Below, in pieces: positions 38,538 to 47,849 of a stretch of DNA of 64,000 nucleotides. The notes under the pieces were generated by a model, which searched no databases, had not been told where the DNA came from, and saw only the letters and a program-made list of their open reading frames with translations. The translations under genes were made by a program, and so were the position numbers. The stretch is from positions 32,001 through 96,000 of IMG/VR virus record IMGVR_UViG_3300039191_000589; one strand, written 5' to 3'. Source of the DNA: a virus. Every line of letters starts with the position of its first letter. Positions within the stretch are counted from its first letter, which is position 1.

Positions 38538-40460
38538 ATGTCAAAATTAAATTTACAAAAGAATTTAAATAAAGAACAATATAAAGCTGTTACAAATATT
38601 AATGGGGTTGTTCAGGTAAATTCTGTTGCTGGGTCAGGGAAAACAAGAGTTTTAACTTATAGAATTGCTCATATGATTAAACAAGGAATTAATCCCTCTA
38701 ATATTTTAGTTACTACTTTTACAAAAAAATCTGCAAAAGAAATGAAAGAAAGATTATCAAAATTACTTCCTAAAAAATATGTTAGTTCATTAATTATGGG
38801 GACTTTTCATTCTATTGGTTATAAAATATTAAAACATGAATATAAAAAATTAGATCACCCTTTAAAAGGATTTGATTTATTATATGGTAGTCCTCAAACT
38901 TGGTTAATTAAAGATATTTTAAAAGATTTTGATATTGAAACAACTAAAACTTATAATGCTTCATATTTTAAAGGTAAAATAAAAAAATTAAAACAAAAAT
39001 TAAAATCACCTGAAAGTCAACTGGCTCATTTATTAGGTGGTGATTTAAGTGATCAAGAAAAAGAATTATTAGAAGTTTATGATGAATATGAAAAAAGAAA
39101 AACTAAAAAAGGTAAAATTGATTTTTCAGATATGCTATATAAATTATATAATTTAATGTTAGAATATCCTGAAATTAAAAAATCTTATCAAGAAAGATTT
39201 AAATATATATTAGTTGATGAAGCTCAAGATAATAATTATTCTCAATATGAATTAATTAAATTATTAGGAAAGCCAGAAAATAACATTTTTATTGTTGGAG
39301 ATGATGATCAAAGTATATATGGTTTTCGTGGAGCAAGACCTGATAAATTTATTGATTTTGAAAATAATTTTGATGATAATATAACAATGATTAATTTAGA
39401 AACTAATTATCGTTCAGTTCTTTATGTTATTAATAGTGCAAATAAATTAATTAAAAATAATAATCATCGTATTAGAAAAGAAGCAAAATCTTCTAAAAAA
39501 GGATCTAAAAAACAAAGACCATATTATATTAAAGCTGATGATGAAGATCATGAAGCTGAAATTGTTGCCGATTCTATTCAAGAATTACAAAATCATGGTG
39601 AATCATTAGAAGATACAGCTATTTTATTTAGAACTAATGCCCAAGCTAGAGCTTTAGAAGATGCTTTAATATCTAAAGGAATTCCTTATGTAGTATTTAA
39701 TTCTATTTCATTTTATGAAAGATCAGAAATTAAAGATTTAATTGCTTATTTAAGATTAGCTTATAATACTGATAATGATAATGCATTAGAAAGAGTTATT
39801 AATAAACCTTCTCGATATTTAGGGAAAAAATTTATGCAGAAATTAACTAAAGAATCTATGAAAAGAAATATAAGTTTATATGAGGCATTAGAATATATTG
39901 AAGTTAAAAATTATCAAAGAAGAGGGGCAAATAAGTTTAGAGATTGCATTGAAGAAATTCAAGTATGTATGAAAAAAAGTAATAATGTTGGTCAACTTTT
40001 TAAAGATATTAGAGAAATTATTGAGTATGATGAATATATTAATAAGAAAAATGGTGGTGAAGAAGATAATGATAAATTAGAAAACCTTAAATCTTTAACA
40101 TGTGCTGGTGAACGTTTTAATAAAGTTAGAGATTTTTTAAAACATGTAAGTGTAATTTTACAAGCAAAGCATAATGATGTCGATGCAGTAAAGTTAATGA
40201 CAGTTCATAAATCAAAAGGATTAGAATTTAATAATGTTTTTTTAGTGGGAATGTCTGATGGAGTATTACCTCATAACCATGCCATAGAGGGTACAGAGGA
40301 AGATATTGAAGAGGAACGTAGATTAACCTATGTAGCAATAACAAGGGCCAAGAAGTTCATTCTAGCAACCTCTCCACGTGAATATCAAGGTAATAGATCT
40401 ACTACATCACAATTTATATATGATGCTGATTTTAAAAGATTTGATTTAGATAAAGAATGA
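38538..40460 (+). CDS. pcrA: UvrD/PcrA-family SF1 helicase
   Basis: VAGSGKT, TFTKKSA.EM.ER, LVDEAQD, VGDDDQSIYGFRGA, LETNYRS, MTVHKSKGLEF, EERRLTYVAITRA. Confidence 0.93.
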   Translation: MSKLNLQKNLNKEQYKAVTNINGVVQVNSVAGSGKTRVLTYRIAHMIKQGINPSNILVTTFTKKSAKEMKERLSKLLPKKYVSSLIMGTFHSIGYKILKHEYKKLDHPLKGFDLLYGSPQTWLIKDILKDFDIETTKTYNASYFKGKIKKLKQKLKSPESQLAHLLGGDLSDQEKELLEVYDEYEKRKTKKGKIDFSDMLYKLYNLMLEYPEIKKSYQERFKYILVDEAQDNNYSQYELIKLLGKPENNIFIVGDDDQSIYGFRGARPDKFIDFENNFDDNITMINLETNYRSVLYVINSANKLIKNNNHRIRKEAKSSKKGSKKQRPYYIKADDEDHEAEIVADSIQELQNHGESLEDTAILFRTNAQARALEDALISKGIPYVVFNSISFYERSEIKDLIAYLRLAYNTDNDNALERVINKPSRYLGKKFMQKLTKESMKRNISLYEALEYIEVKNYQRRGANKFRDCIEEIQVCMKKSNNVGQLFKDIREIIEYDEYINKKNGGEEDNDKLENLKSLTCAGERFNKVRDFLKHVSVILQAKHNDVDAVKLMTVHKSKGLEFNNVFLVGMSDGVLPHNHAIEGTEEDIEEERRLTYVAITRAKKFILATSPREYQGNRSTTSQFIYDADFKRFDLDKE

Positions 40461-40791
40461 ATATTATACAATTAATAATATTGAAACAAAACAATCTTTA
40501 GAAAAATCAACCTTAGAGAGGTTATTAGATGATTCTAATTATTATCTAGTAATTAGTATTAATAATAATTTAAAAATAGAAATATTAAAAAAAGAATACA
40601 ATAAAATTTTATATTATTTAAAAAAATATAAAAATATTAAAATTAAACAAAAATTTGAATCAATTTTTTATTTAAAAAGAAATAATAAAATTATATATTG
40701 TAATGATCATTATTATACTAATTGTAAACAAAATTGTGATGAATATAAAGATTGTATTTATTGTGTAATAGGTAAATTAAATAATGATTAA
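40450..40791 (+). CDS. Unannotated open frame lacking an in-frame ATG (AUA start or frameshifted start), Cys-rich C-terminus
   Basis: 113 sense codons from ATA at 40450 to TAA at 40789-40791; an out-of-frame ATG lies at 40457. Confidence 0.45.
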   Translation: MKNEYYTINNIETKQSLEKSTLERLLDDSNYYLVISINNNLKIEILKKEYNKILYYLKKYKNIKIKQKFESIFYLKRNNKIIYCNDHYYTNCKQNCDEYKDCIYCVIGKLNND

Positions 40792-40816
40792 TTTTATAAT
40801 TAGGAGGTGATTAATA

Positions 40817-41155
40817 ATAAAACACAAAAAATATAATATTACACAATGGGGATTAGAAGAAATATCAACAGGATTATTAATAGAAAGCCATCAAATAATA
40901 ATTAATAATAATAATGATAAAATTAGAGTTGAAAAAGAAATATATGATTTTTTTAATAATTTTGATTCTTTTAAAAAATTAAAAGTGTTCTATCAATGTA
41001 AAACAGGAAGTAAAAAGTTTCAATATAAAGGGGAAATTATTAAATGTACTAATCCTAAAACAATTATTTTAGAAACTGATCATTGTTTATCATGTAATTT
41101 TTATAATAATTGTAGTATTAAAATGCAATATAATTTAATAGAAGGAGGAAGATAA
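40817..41155 (+). CDS. Unannotated 112-aa ORF with probable AUA start
   Basis: Strong AGGAGGTGA SD at 40802-40810 followed by ATA AAA CAC...; frame stays open until the SD of the next gene. Confidence 0.6.
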   Translation: MKHKKYNITQWGLEEISTGLLIESHQIIINNNNDKIRVEKEIYDFFNNFDSFKKLKVFYQCKTGSKKFQYKGEIIKCTNPKTIILETDHCLSCNFYNNCSIKMQYNLIEGGR

Positions 41156-41158
41156 ATA

Positions 41159-41707
41159 ATGAAAAAATATTTTAGTGTTGATTGCGAGTTTTCAGGATTA
41201 AATCATAGAAAAAACTGTTTATTATCAATAGGAATTGTTGAAATAATAAAAGAAGATGGTTTATTTAAACCATTACATAATAAAAAATTATATTTAGAAC
41301 TTAAACCAACAGGAGATATTGACCCTGAATCAATGAAAATTAATAAATTAAATATACAACACTTATCCAAATATGGTATTAATAAAGATAATGCAATTAG
41401 GGAGATAAAAAAATTTTTAAATTTAAATAAAGATGATACAGCTATTTTTATTGGATATTGTAATGTATTAGATAAAATTTTTATTGATCAATTATTTCAA
41501 GATTGTAATAAAAAATCACCATTTCACTATGAAACTATAGAAATTTCCTCTTTAGCTATTGGAAAATTAGGATTAGAATGGGGATTTACTGAAGAAGAAT
41601 TATTAAATAAATTAAATTTAAGTGATTTACCTTCAAATAAAAAACATAAAGCCGATGAAGATGCCTTTTTACAGGCAAAAGAATTTTGTAAAATTATGAA
41701 TTATTAA
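41159..41707 (+). CDS. DEDDh 3'-5' exonuclease
   Basis: SVDCEFSG, LLSIG, N.LDK.FI, HKADEDA. Confidence 0.88.
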   Translation: MKKYFSVDCEFSGLNHRKNCLLSIGIVEIIKEDGLFKPLHNKKLYLELKPTGDIDPESMKINKLNIQHLSKYGINKDNAIREIKKFLNLNKDDTAIFIGYCNVLDKIFIDQLFQDCNKKSPFHYETIEISSLAIGKLGLEWGFTEEELLNKLNLSDLPSNKKHKADEDAFLQAKEFCKIMNY

Positions 41708-41731
41708 AAAAAATAATACATTTTTTTCACT

Positions 41732-41760
41732 TAACCAGCTTATTGCTGGTTATTTTTTTT
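41732..41760 (+). terminator. Intrinsic terminator
   Basis: TAACCAGC-TTATT-GCTGGTTA plus T8. Confidence 0.85.
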
Positions 41761-41849
41761 ATCTTATTTAATAATAATATAGAAAAAAATATAATATAAA
41801 AAAAATTATATTTCTAAAATAGAACATACGAAAGAAGGGGGATAAAAAA

Positions 41850-42092
41850 TTGATTTATAATTCTCAATATTTTAAAACAATCAAACAAGCTGGTTATGAA
41901 TATTCTAAAGATAGTTTAGGGTATTATTTTACAAAAGGTGATAAGAAATTTAGTATTATGAAATCTGGTCCTTTATTTAAATGCTATTATAATATTAATA
42001 ATAATGGACAATGGATACTTCAAGATAACAAAAGTGATTTTTTCGATTTTGAGCAATGTTTAATTTGGATTTTACAAAAAATTAATAATTAA
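41850..42092 (+). CDS. Hypothetical protein
   Basis: GGGGGA SD, TTG start. Confidence 0.6.
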   Translation: MIYNSQYFKTIKQAGYEYSKDSLGYYFTKGDKKFSIMKSGPLFKCYYNINNNGQWILQDNKSDFFDFEQCLIWILQKINN

Positions 42093-42105
42093 GGAGGGAG
42101 GTAAA

Positions 42106-43182
42106 ATGACATTACAAAAAATTAAATTAAGACAAATTGATTCTCCATTAGATAGTTATGTTGATTTTGAACAACAAATGATTGCTATGTTAGGTGAAGA
42201 AAGAATAGAAAGATTTACTGCAACTGAGGGACAACAAACATTTACATTAGATCAAGAATATGCTATTGGTCAAAATTCATTAAAAGTATTTGTAAATGGT
42301 ATTTTACAAAAGCCAGATAATGAAAATGGGTATATGGAAATTAATAGCCAAATGATTCAATTTACAGAGCCGCTATTTAAAGATGATTTAGTTATTGTGG
42401 TTCATAATGTTGCTAAATCAAAAGCATATGAAATGGCTTTAGAACGAGTAAAGGCATATAATGTTGAACGAACAACATATTTTATTGATGATACTAACAA
42501 TACTCAATTGGAATTTGAAACTCCAGTAAGATATAACACTGGTGAAAGACATTTAAAGATTTATGTAAATGGTATATTATTATCTGTAGGTACTAATTTT
42601 GATTATGTTGAAACTTCTGAAAATACATTTACGTTAAATGAGTCTTTAACTACTGGAGATACTCTAACTGTTGAAGTTATTAGTGGAGGTAAGTTGGCAT
42701 ATTCATGCTACCGTTATCCATATTATATAGATTCTAATAAAGAAGGAAAAACAACATTTACATTACCAAGAACTTATTATGTTGGAGATAATAATTTAAA
42801 AGTATATTTAGATGGAGTATTATTAAGAGAAGGTGAAGGTGAAGATTATGTAGAGGTTAACTCTAATACTGTTGAAATGAATTATGCTCCTTCATTAGGT
42901 AGTACTTTAGAATTTGAAAATACTAGTTTTGCTGTTGACATTTTTGATATTATTAGAAAAGATGAACTTATTAGTTCTACTAATAGTAATTTAGATAAAG
43001 TAACTTTTAATACTTCACAAGAATATCCTATGGGAGAATTTCTTTTAAGGGTTTATTTAAATGGAGTATTATTAAGAGAAGGAGCCGGTGAAGATTATAC
43101 AGAGGTTGATAATACTACTTTCCAAATGAATTATGCTTTATCTGAAGGAGATATAATTGAATATGAAATTGTAACTTATTAA
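42106..43182 (+). CDS. Virion protein with four tandem beta-rich repeats
   Basis: Four copies of L(K/R)(V/I)(F/Y)(V/L)(N/D)G(I/V)L...Y.E. Confidence 0.7.
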   Translation: MTLQKIKLRQIDSPLDSYVDFEQQMIAMLGEERIERFTATEGQQTFTLDQEYAIGQNSLKVFVNGILQKPDNENGYMEINSQMIQFTEPLFKDDLVIVVHNVAKSKAYEMALERVKAYNVERTTYFIDDTNNTQLEFETPVRYNTGERHLKIYVNGILLSVGTNFDYVETSENTFTLNESLTTGDTLTVEVISGGKLAYSCYRYPYYIDSNKEGKTTFTLPRTYYVGDNNLKVYLDGVLLREGEGEDYVEVNSNTVEMNYAPSLGSTLEFENTSFAVDIFDIIRKDELISSTNSNLDKVTFNTSQEYPMGEFLLRVYLNGVLLREGAGEDYTEVDNTTFQMNYALSEGDIIEYEIVTY

Positions 43183-43247
43183 AAAATATTTAATTTTTTT
43201 GGTTAACTTTTATATTATAATTATAAAGATAGTAAAGGAGGATTATT

Positions 43248-43520
43248 TTGCAAGTAATTCCACCAAATCAATTACCTGAAGAAGTTAAACAAATAGAATT
43301 ACAAAATGGTGATGTTGCTACACTTCATCAAGCAATTGAAACTAGGGTTCCTGAGGTTAATCCTGATGAAGATATTATTGTTTATAGATATAAAGTTCCC
43401 TGTCCTGTATGTAATGATGAAGTGTTAGCGCACAGTTATGATGGTAAATATTTTAGTAATATTCAAGTTAATTGTAGATATTGTGGTGTATTTTTTAAAC
43501 CAGTTGTAAAAAGATTTTAA
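43248..43520 (+). CDS. Zinc-ribbon protein
   Basis: CPVC...CRYC; AGGAGG SD. Confidence 0.65.
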   Translation: MQVIPPNQLPEEVKQIELQNGDVATLHQAIETRVPEVNPDEDIIVYRYKVPCPVCNDEVLAHSYDGKYFSNIQVNCRYCGVFFKPVVKRF

Positions 43521-43596
43521 AGTTTTATTATATCTCAAAGAATTATTTTTATATATTAAATGACTAAGAAAATAATAAATTAAGGAGTGTGTTTAT

Positions 43597-43779
43597 ATGA
43601 AAATAGTTAATGTTACAGTTGTAGATGATAATGGTGATGAACAAGTTTTGGATGTTAATGATGGGTTTGCATTATTAGCATGTCAAGAAAGTGGAGAAGA
43701 TAGAGTTTTAACACAAACTACTAGTAATCCAGCAATTATGTTACAAGCTGCTAGAATGGTATTAAATGAACAAGAATAA
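43597..43779 (+). CDS. Small acidic hypothetical protein
   Basis: AAGGAG SD, followed by terminator. Confidence 0.65.
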   Translation: MKIVNVTVVDDNGDEQVLDVNDGFALLACQESGEDRVLTQTTSNPAIMLQAARMVLNEQE

Positions 43780-43789
43780 ATATAAAAAT

Positions 43790-43817
43790 AATCCCTCACA
43801 ATTATTGTGGGGGTTTT
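43790..43817 (+). terminator. Intrinsic terminator
   Basis: AATCCCTCACAAT-T-ATTGTGGGGGTT hairpin. Confidence 0.7.
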
Positions 43818-43821
43818 AATT

Positions 43822-43860
43822 TGTTAAAAAAATATATAGATTTTTATAATATATACATAT
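43822..43860 (+). promoter_or_regulatory. TGTTAAAAA-motif putative promoter
   Basis: Directly after terminator. Confidence 0.5.
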
Positions 43861-43883
43861 AATAATATAAAAGGAGTGAAATA

Positions 43884-44243
43884 ATGTTTATAGTTACAAC
43901 TTTTGAAAAAATGGATAAAGTTAATTCTCCTTTAAAAAGTGAAAAAAAACAATGGGATCTTGGTAGTATTAGAACTATTGGGATGTTTGAAAAATTTGAA
44001 GATGCTGAGAAAATTGTTAAAAATAATCATTGTGATATTTGTGAAACTATTTATAATTTTGCAATAGTTGAAAAAATTCAAACTAATCAATTATAACCTT
44101 ATTTTATTTTTAGAAAATTATATAAAGTAAAAAATATAATGAAAGAAAAAAATGGTGAAAAATATTATAATCCTGATTTAACATATGAGGAAATTGATAT
44201 TCCTAATGATTTTATTAAATCTTTAATAGCACCAATAGGATAA
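43884..44243 (+). pseudogene. Hypothetical gene interrupted by in-frame TAA at 44094-44096
   Basis: Frame continues for 48 further sense codons (PYFIFRKLY...LIAPIG*). Confidence 0.5.
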
Positions 44244-44319
44244 TAAAAATAGATCTTTATTTATTTTTTTATATTAAATTAATAAAAATTATTGAAATAA
44301 AATATAGGGGGAAATTAAA

Positions 44320-44553
44320 ATGGGTAAATGTACTTGGTGTAATTGTCCTGATGAAGAACATGATTATTATGTAGAATGTCCTTTAATTGATGGTAAATTA
44401 TTATGTGATGTATGTTGTAAATATAATATTATGGCTGATGATGCTGTTGATTTTGTTAAGGGAGTTACTAATAAAGATATTACTAGAGGAGAAATAATTG
44501 ATACTTGTAGAAATTGTGTAAAGAAAATAAAAGAAGTGACTAAGAATGGTTAA
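44320..44553 (+). CDS. Cys-rich small protein
   Basis: CTWCNC, CP, CDVCC, CRNC. Confidence 0.65.
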   Translation: MGKCTWCNCPDEEHDYYVECPLIDGKLLCDVCCKYNIMADDAVDFVKGVTNKDITRGEIIDTCRNCVKKIKEVTKNG

Positions 44554-44851
44554 TAAATATAATTTTGATGATTTAAATAATATAAATAGTATTAATCAAA
44601 ATAATGATTATAATAAAATAAAAGATATTGATATGGAAATATCAGTTGAATTGGGTAAAACTACAATGTCCATTGATAATATACTTAATTTACAAAAAAA
44701 ATCAGTAATTGAATTAGATAAACTAATTGGTGATGATGTTGAAATTAAAGCTAATGATAAAATTATAGCTAAAGGTGAAGTAGTAACATTTGATGATAAA
44801 TTTGGAGTAAGAATTACTAAAATTTTAAAGGGTGACTCTTATGTCTACTAG
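44546..44851 (+). CDS. fliN: Flagellar motor switch FliN-like (SpoA domain) protein
   Basis: DIDMEISVELGKT...SVIELDKLIGDDVEIKAN..IIAKGEVV...FGVRITKI matches the FliN consensus. Confidence 0.88.
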   Translation: MVNKYNFDDLNNINSINQNNDYNKIKDIDMEISVELGKTTMSIDNILNLQKKSVIELDKLIGDDVEIKANDKIIAKGEVVTFDDKFGVRITKILKGDSYVY

Positions 44852-45149
44852 TTATATTGATTGTGCTGGAATTCAAGATGCTATTTTAAATATTATTAAA
44901 CAATATAAAAGTATTTATGATTTTAATTTTGATATTAATCAAGATTTTATATCAGATACAACTAATATTGAAATTAAATTAAAAATAAGAGAATCAGAAT
45001 ATACAATGGATGTAATGAATTTAGGTAAGATAAATGAAAGAATATTTTCTAAATTAAAAAATATTTATAAATTTAATATTAAAATAATTATAGATTTTAA
45101 AAAGAAAAATGATTTTAAATATAAAACAGTTATATGGGAGTATCATTAA
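44841..45149 (+). CDS. Hypothetical protein
   Basis: Overlaps the fliN stop; ATG after GGTGA. Confidence 0.6.
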   Translation: MSTSYIDCAGIQDAILNIIKQYKSIYDFNFDINQDFISDTTNIEIKLKIRESEYTMDVMNLGKINERIFSKLKNIYKFNIKIIIDFKKKNDFKYKTVIWEYH

Positions 45150-45163
45150 GATACTCTTTTTTT
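45138..45163 (+). terminator. Intrinsic terminator
   Basis: GAGTATC-ATTAA-GATACTC plus T7. Confidence 0.75.
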
Positions 45164-45170
45164 ATTTAAA

Positions 45171-45210
45171 TGTTAAAAAAAATATTTGCTATATTTATAA
45201 TATTATATAG
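45171..45210 (+). promoter_or_regulatory. TGTTAAAAA-motif putative promoter
   Basis: Directly after terminator. Confidence 0.5.
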
Positions 45211-45247
45211 ATAAAACTAATAAACCAATAGGAGGATCAAATAATAT

Positions 45248-45532
45248 ATGTTTGCAAATGTAAATAAATATTATCCTAAATTTGATGATTATGAAATTAA
45301 TTTTAATAAAGTAAAAGAAGAAATAGATAAGCATTTTGAAAGGCACGATGATTGTGATGATATAGTTATTATTAATCAATTAGATTATATGATTAGTATT
45401 AAAGATAATGGTAAAGTAATATTCTTTTATGAGGATAATGTTGAATATGATATAATTAAAGAAAATGTTTTAAAAATTAAAAAATGTTTTACAAAATATA
45501 ATTCTGAATTTAATTACAAGAAAAACCCATAA
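45248..45532 (+). CDS. Hypothetical protein
   Basis: AGGAGG SD. Confidence 0.65.
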   Translation: MFANVNKYYPKFDDYEINFNKVKEEIDKHFERHDDCDDIVIINQLDYMISIKDNGKVIFFYEDNVEYDIIKENVLKIKKCFTKYNSEFNYKKNP

Positions 45533-45547
45533 GGAGGAATTTAATTA

Positions 45548-45781
45548 ATGACAAAAAAATTTAAAGATATGAAGAATAATAAAACAACGATTGAAATTGA
45601 AATTAAAATTGAAGGTGATCCAATAACAGTAGCTTTTGAAAAAGATCCAAATAAAAAATTTATTAAAATTAATTTTTTAGAAGCATTAGAAGATATAGTT
45701 GATACTAAAATGCTAGAAAAATCACAAATAATAAAAAATAACCAACAATTAAAAATTACTTATGATAGAAAATATTGTTAA
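45548..45781 (+). CDS. Hypothetical protein
   Basis: AAGGAGG SD. Confidence 0.65.
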   Translation: MTKKFKDMKNNKTTIEIEIKIEGDPITVAFEKDPNKKFIKINFLEALEDIVDTKMLEKSQIIKNNQQLKITYDRKYC

Positions 45782-45799
45782 CTAAAGAGGAGGATTATA

Positions 45800-46675
45800 A
45801 TGAAGATTCAAAGTTTATCAATTGATGTTCCAGCATCTTGTCCAAATGATTGTCGTTTTTGTGTTGCACATATGCATCGTGAAGATTATATAAATCACAT
45901 TGAAGATAATCATAGATTTAGACATCTTTATAAAGATGACTATAAAAAAAGATTATTATTTGCTAAAGATAATGGATGTAATACTATTGTTCTCACAGGT
46001 AATGGAGAGCCTTTAGCAAATCGTAATTTTCTTCAAAATTTTGCTGAATGGAATTCTAATTTACCTGACCCTTTTTATTGGATAGAATTACAAACATCAG
46101 GTGTTTTATTAGATGATGAATATTTAAGATTTTTAAGAAATGAAATAGGGGTTAGTACTATTAGTTTATCTTTATCAAGCATTTTTAATAGTGATAAAAA
46201 CGCAGAATATAATCAAACACCACAAAAATTAAAAGTTGATATTGATGAAATATGTAGTGAAATTAAAAGGTATGATTTTAATTTAAGGCTTTCACTAAAT
46301 ATGACTGATGTATATAATAACGTTCCTGTTAAAGAAATTTTTAATAGAGCTAAAGAATTAAAAGCTGATCAAATTACTTTTCGAGAATTATATATATCTA
46401 ATAAAAATAGTAATTGCAAACAAAATAAATGGATAAAAAAACATCGTTGTAATCCTGAAAAAATTGTTGAAATTGAAAAGTATATTGAAGATAATGGTAT
46501 TGAATTACAAATTCTTCCTTTTGGTGCTATTAAATATTCTGTTCATAATATATCTACTGTATTAGATATTGATTGTATGTCAACTCAAGTAAAAGATGTG
46601 GTAAAATATTTAATATTAAGACCTAATGGTAAATTATATAGTTCTTGGGCAGATAAAGGTAGTTTAATTTTTTAA
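45800..46675 (+). CDS. Radical SAM protein
   Basis: CPNDCRFC (CxxxCxxC), LTGNGEPL, IELQTSG. Confidence 0.88.
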   Translation: MKIQSLSIDVPASCPNDCRFCVAHMHREDYINHIEDNHRFRHLYKDDYKKRLLFAKDNGCNTIVLTGNGEPLANRNFLQNFAEWNSNLPDPFYWIELQTSGVLLDDEYLRFLRNEIGVSTISLSLSSIFNSDKNAEYNQTPQKLKVDIDEICSEIKRYDFNLRLSLNMTDVYNNVPVKEIFNRAKELKADQITFRELYISNKNSNCKQNKWIKKHRCNPEKIVEIEKYIEDNGIELQILPFGAIKYSVHNISTVLDIDCMSTQVKDVVKYLILRPNGKLYSSWADKGSLIF

Positions 46676-46693
46676 TAAAAAGGAGAGAAAAAA

Positions 46694-47467
46694 ATGATAG
46701 AAAGAATAGATAGTGGAGATATTGATGATGGAGGGGTTAAAGAAAATGACTTAGATAAAGAAATTATAAAAAATGATCATATTAATATTAATGCTAATAT
46801 TGATATAGATAAAATTAATATACCTAAAGGATTATATTTGGAAAATGTTTCAATAATAAAATATGGTTTTGCTTCAGCAATAGATGGTTATTCTTATATT
46901 TCAAATAGATATTTACCATACCCTTTAGAAGTAAGTAAAATACATTTTGCTGTGGAACCGAAAAATAATTGTCGAAATGTAAGGGTTTATGATAATCTTA
47001 ATTTATTTAATAATTTAAGGGAAACTTTTAATGGATTTGATTATAGTAATATGATAACTTCTCAACCTAATAATCCTAATGCTACAGTTGGAATAGATAA
47101 TAAATTAAATAATTTCTCATTACCAAATGAAAGTGATACATATAATATAGTAATTTCAATTTATAATTCAAATGGTGAAATTGTAACTTCGGTAGGAACT
47201 ATAGTTGATCATAGTTATAATAATTTAAAAAATAGAAAGTATACAATAGATATTTCACCTCTAATATTAATGCCTGATATTTATTATTTTTTAATAAATA
47301 TAACTGATAAAAGTTTTAAACTTGTATGTTCAAAGGATAAAAAATTAGATTTATTACCTAATACAGGTGTTTATCCTACTGTTGATTTAAATGTTCCTAA
47401 TCAATTAGATTTCACTTTAATAGAAGATTTTTATGTAAAACAACCTTGGATATTATTAACTAATTAG
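46694..47467 (+). CDS. Hypothetical protein, possibly virion-associated
   Basis: AAGGAG SD; beta-rich. Confidence 0.6.
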   Translation: MIERIDSGDIDDGGVKENDLDKEIIKNDHININANIDIDKINIPKGLYLENVSIIKYGFASAIDGYSYISNRYLPYPLEVSKIHFAVEPKNNCRNVRVYDNLNLFNNLRETFNGFDYSNMITSQPNNPNATVGIDNKLNNFSLPNESDTYNIVISIYNSNGEIVTSVGTIVDHSYNNLKNRKYTIDISPLILMPDIYYFLINITDKSFKLVCSKDKKLDLLPNTGVYPTVDLNVPNQLDFTLIEDFYVKQPWILLTN

Positions 47468-47478
47468 AAGGTGATAAA

Positions 47479-47832
47479 ATGGATGATAATCAAATTAAAA
47501 AACAATTAAAAGAAAATAATCAGTTATTAGAAAAATTATTACAAAAACAAGATACTTTATTAAAAACTTTAAATAATCAACAAAGTATTATTACTAATAT
47601 GGGAAATATTATTGATAGACAGTCTCAGTTATTAAATCAAATGCATAGACAATCACAACAAAATTCTAAAAAAATATCTGATATGGAAATTATGAATAGT
47701 AATATAAGTAATACTATCAATGATTTAAATCAATTTAATAATACTTTTCAAAGACAATTACAAGTTATTGAGCAAAAAATTGATAATATAAAAATTTATA
47801 AAGTACCAGAAGGACAACAACAATATTTTTAA
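47479..47832 (+). CDS. Q/N-rich coiled-coil protein
   Basis: Heptad L/I periodicity. Confidence 0.6.
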   Translation: MDDNQIKKQLKENNQLLEKLLQKQDTLLKTLNNQQSIITNMGNIIDRQSQLLNQMHRQSQQNSKKISDMEIMNSNISNTINDLNQFNNTFQRQLQVIEQKIDNIKIYKVPEGQQQYF

Positions 47833-47849
47833 GATAAGGAGGAAAAATA

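Noticed and set aside
8926-44096. Genome-wide stop-codon reassignment
   Set aside because: Conserved long genes are intact under the standard code, TGG is used for Trp, and the two interrupted genes have different stops (TGA and TAA)
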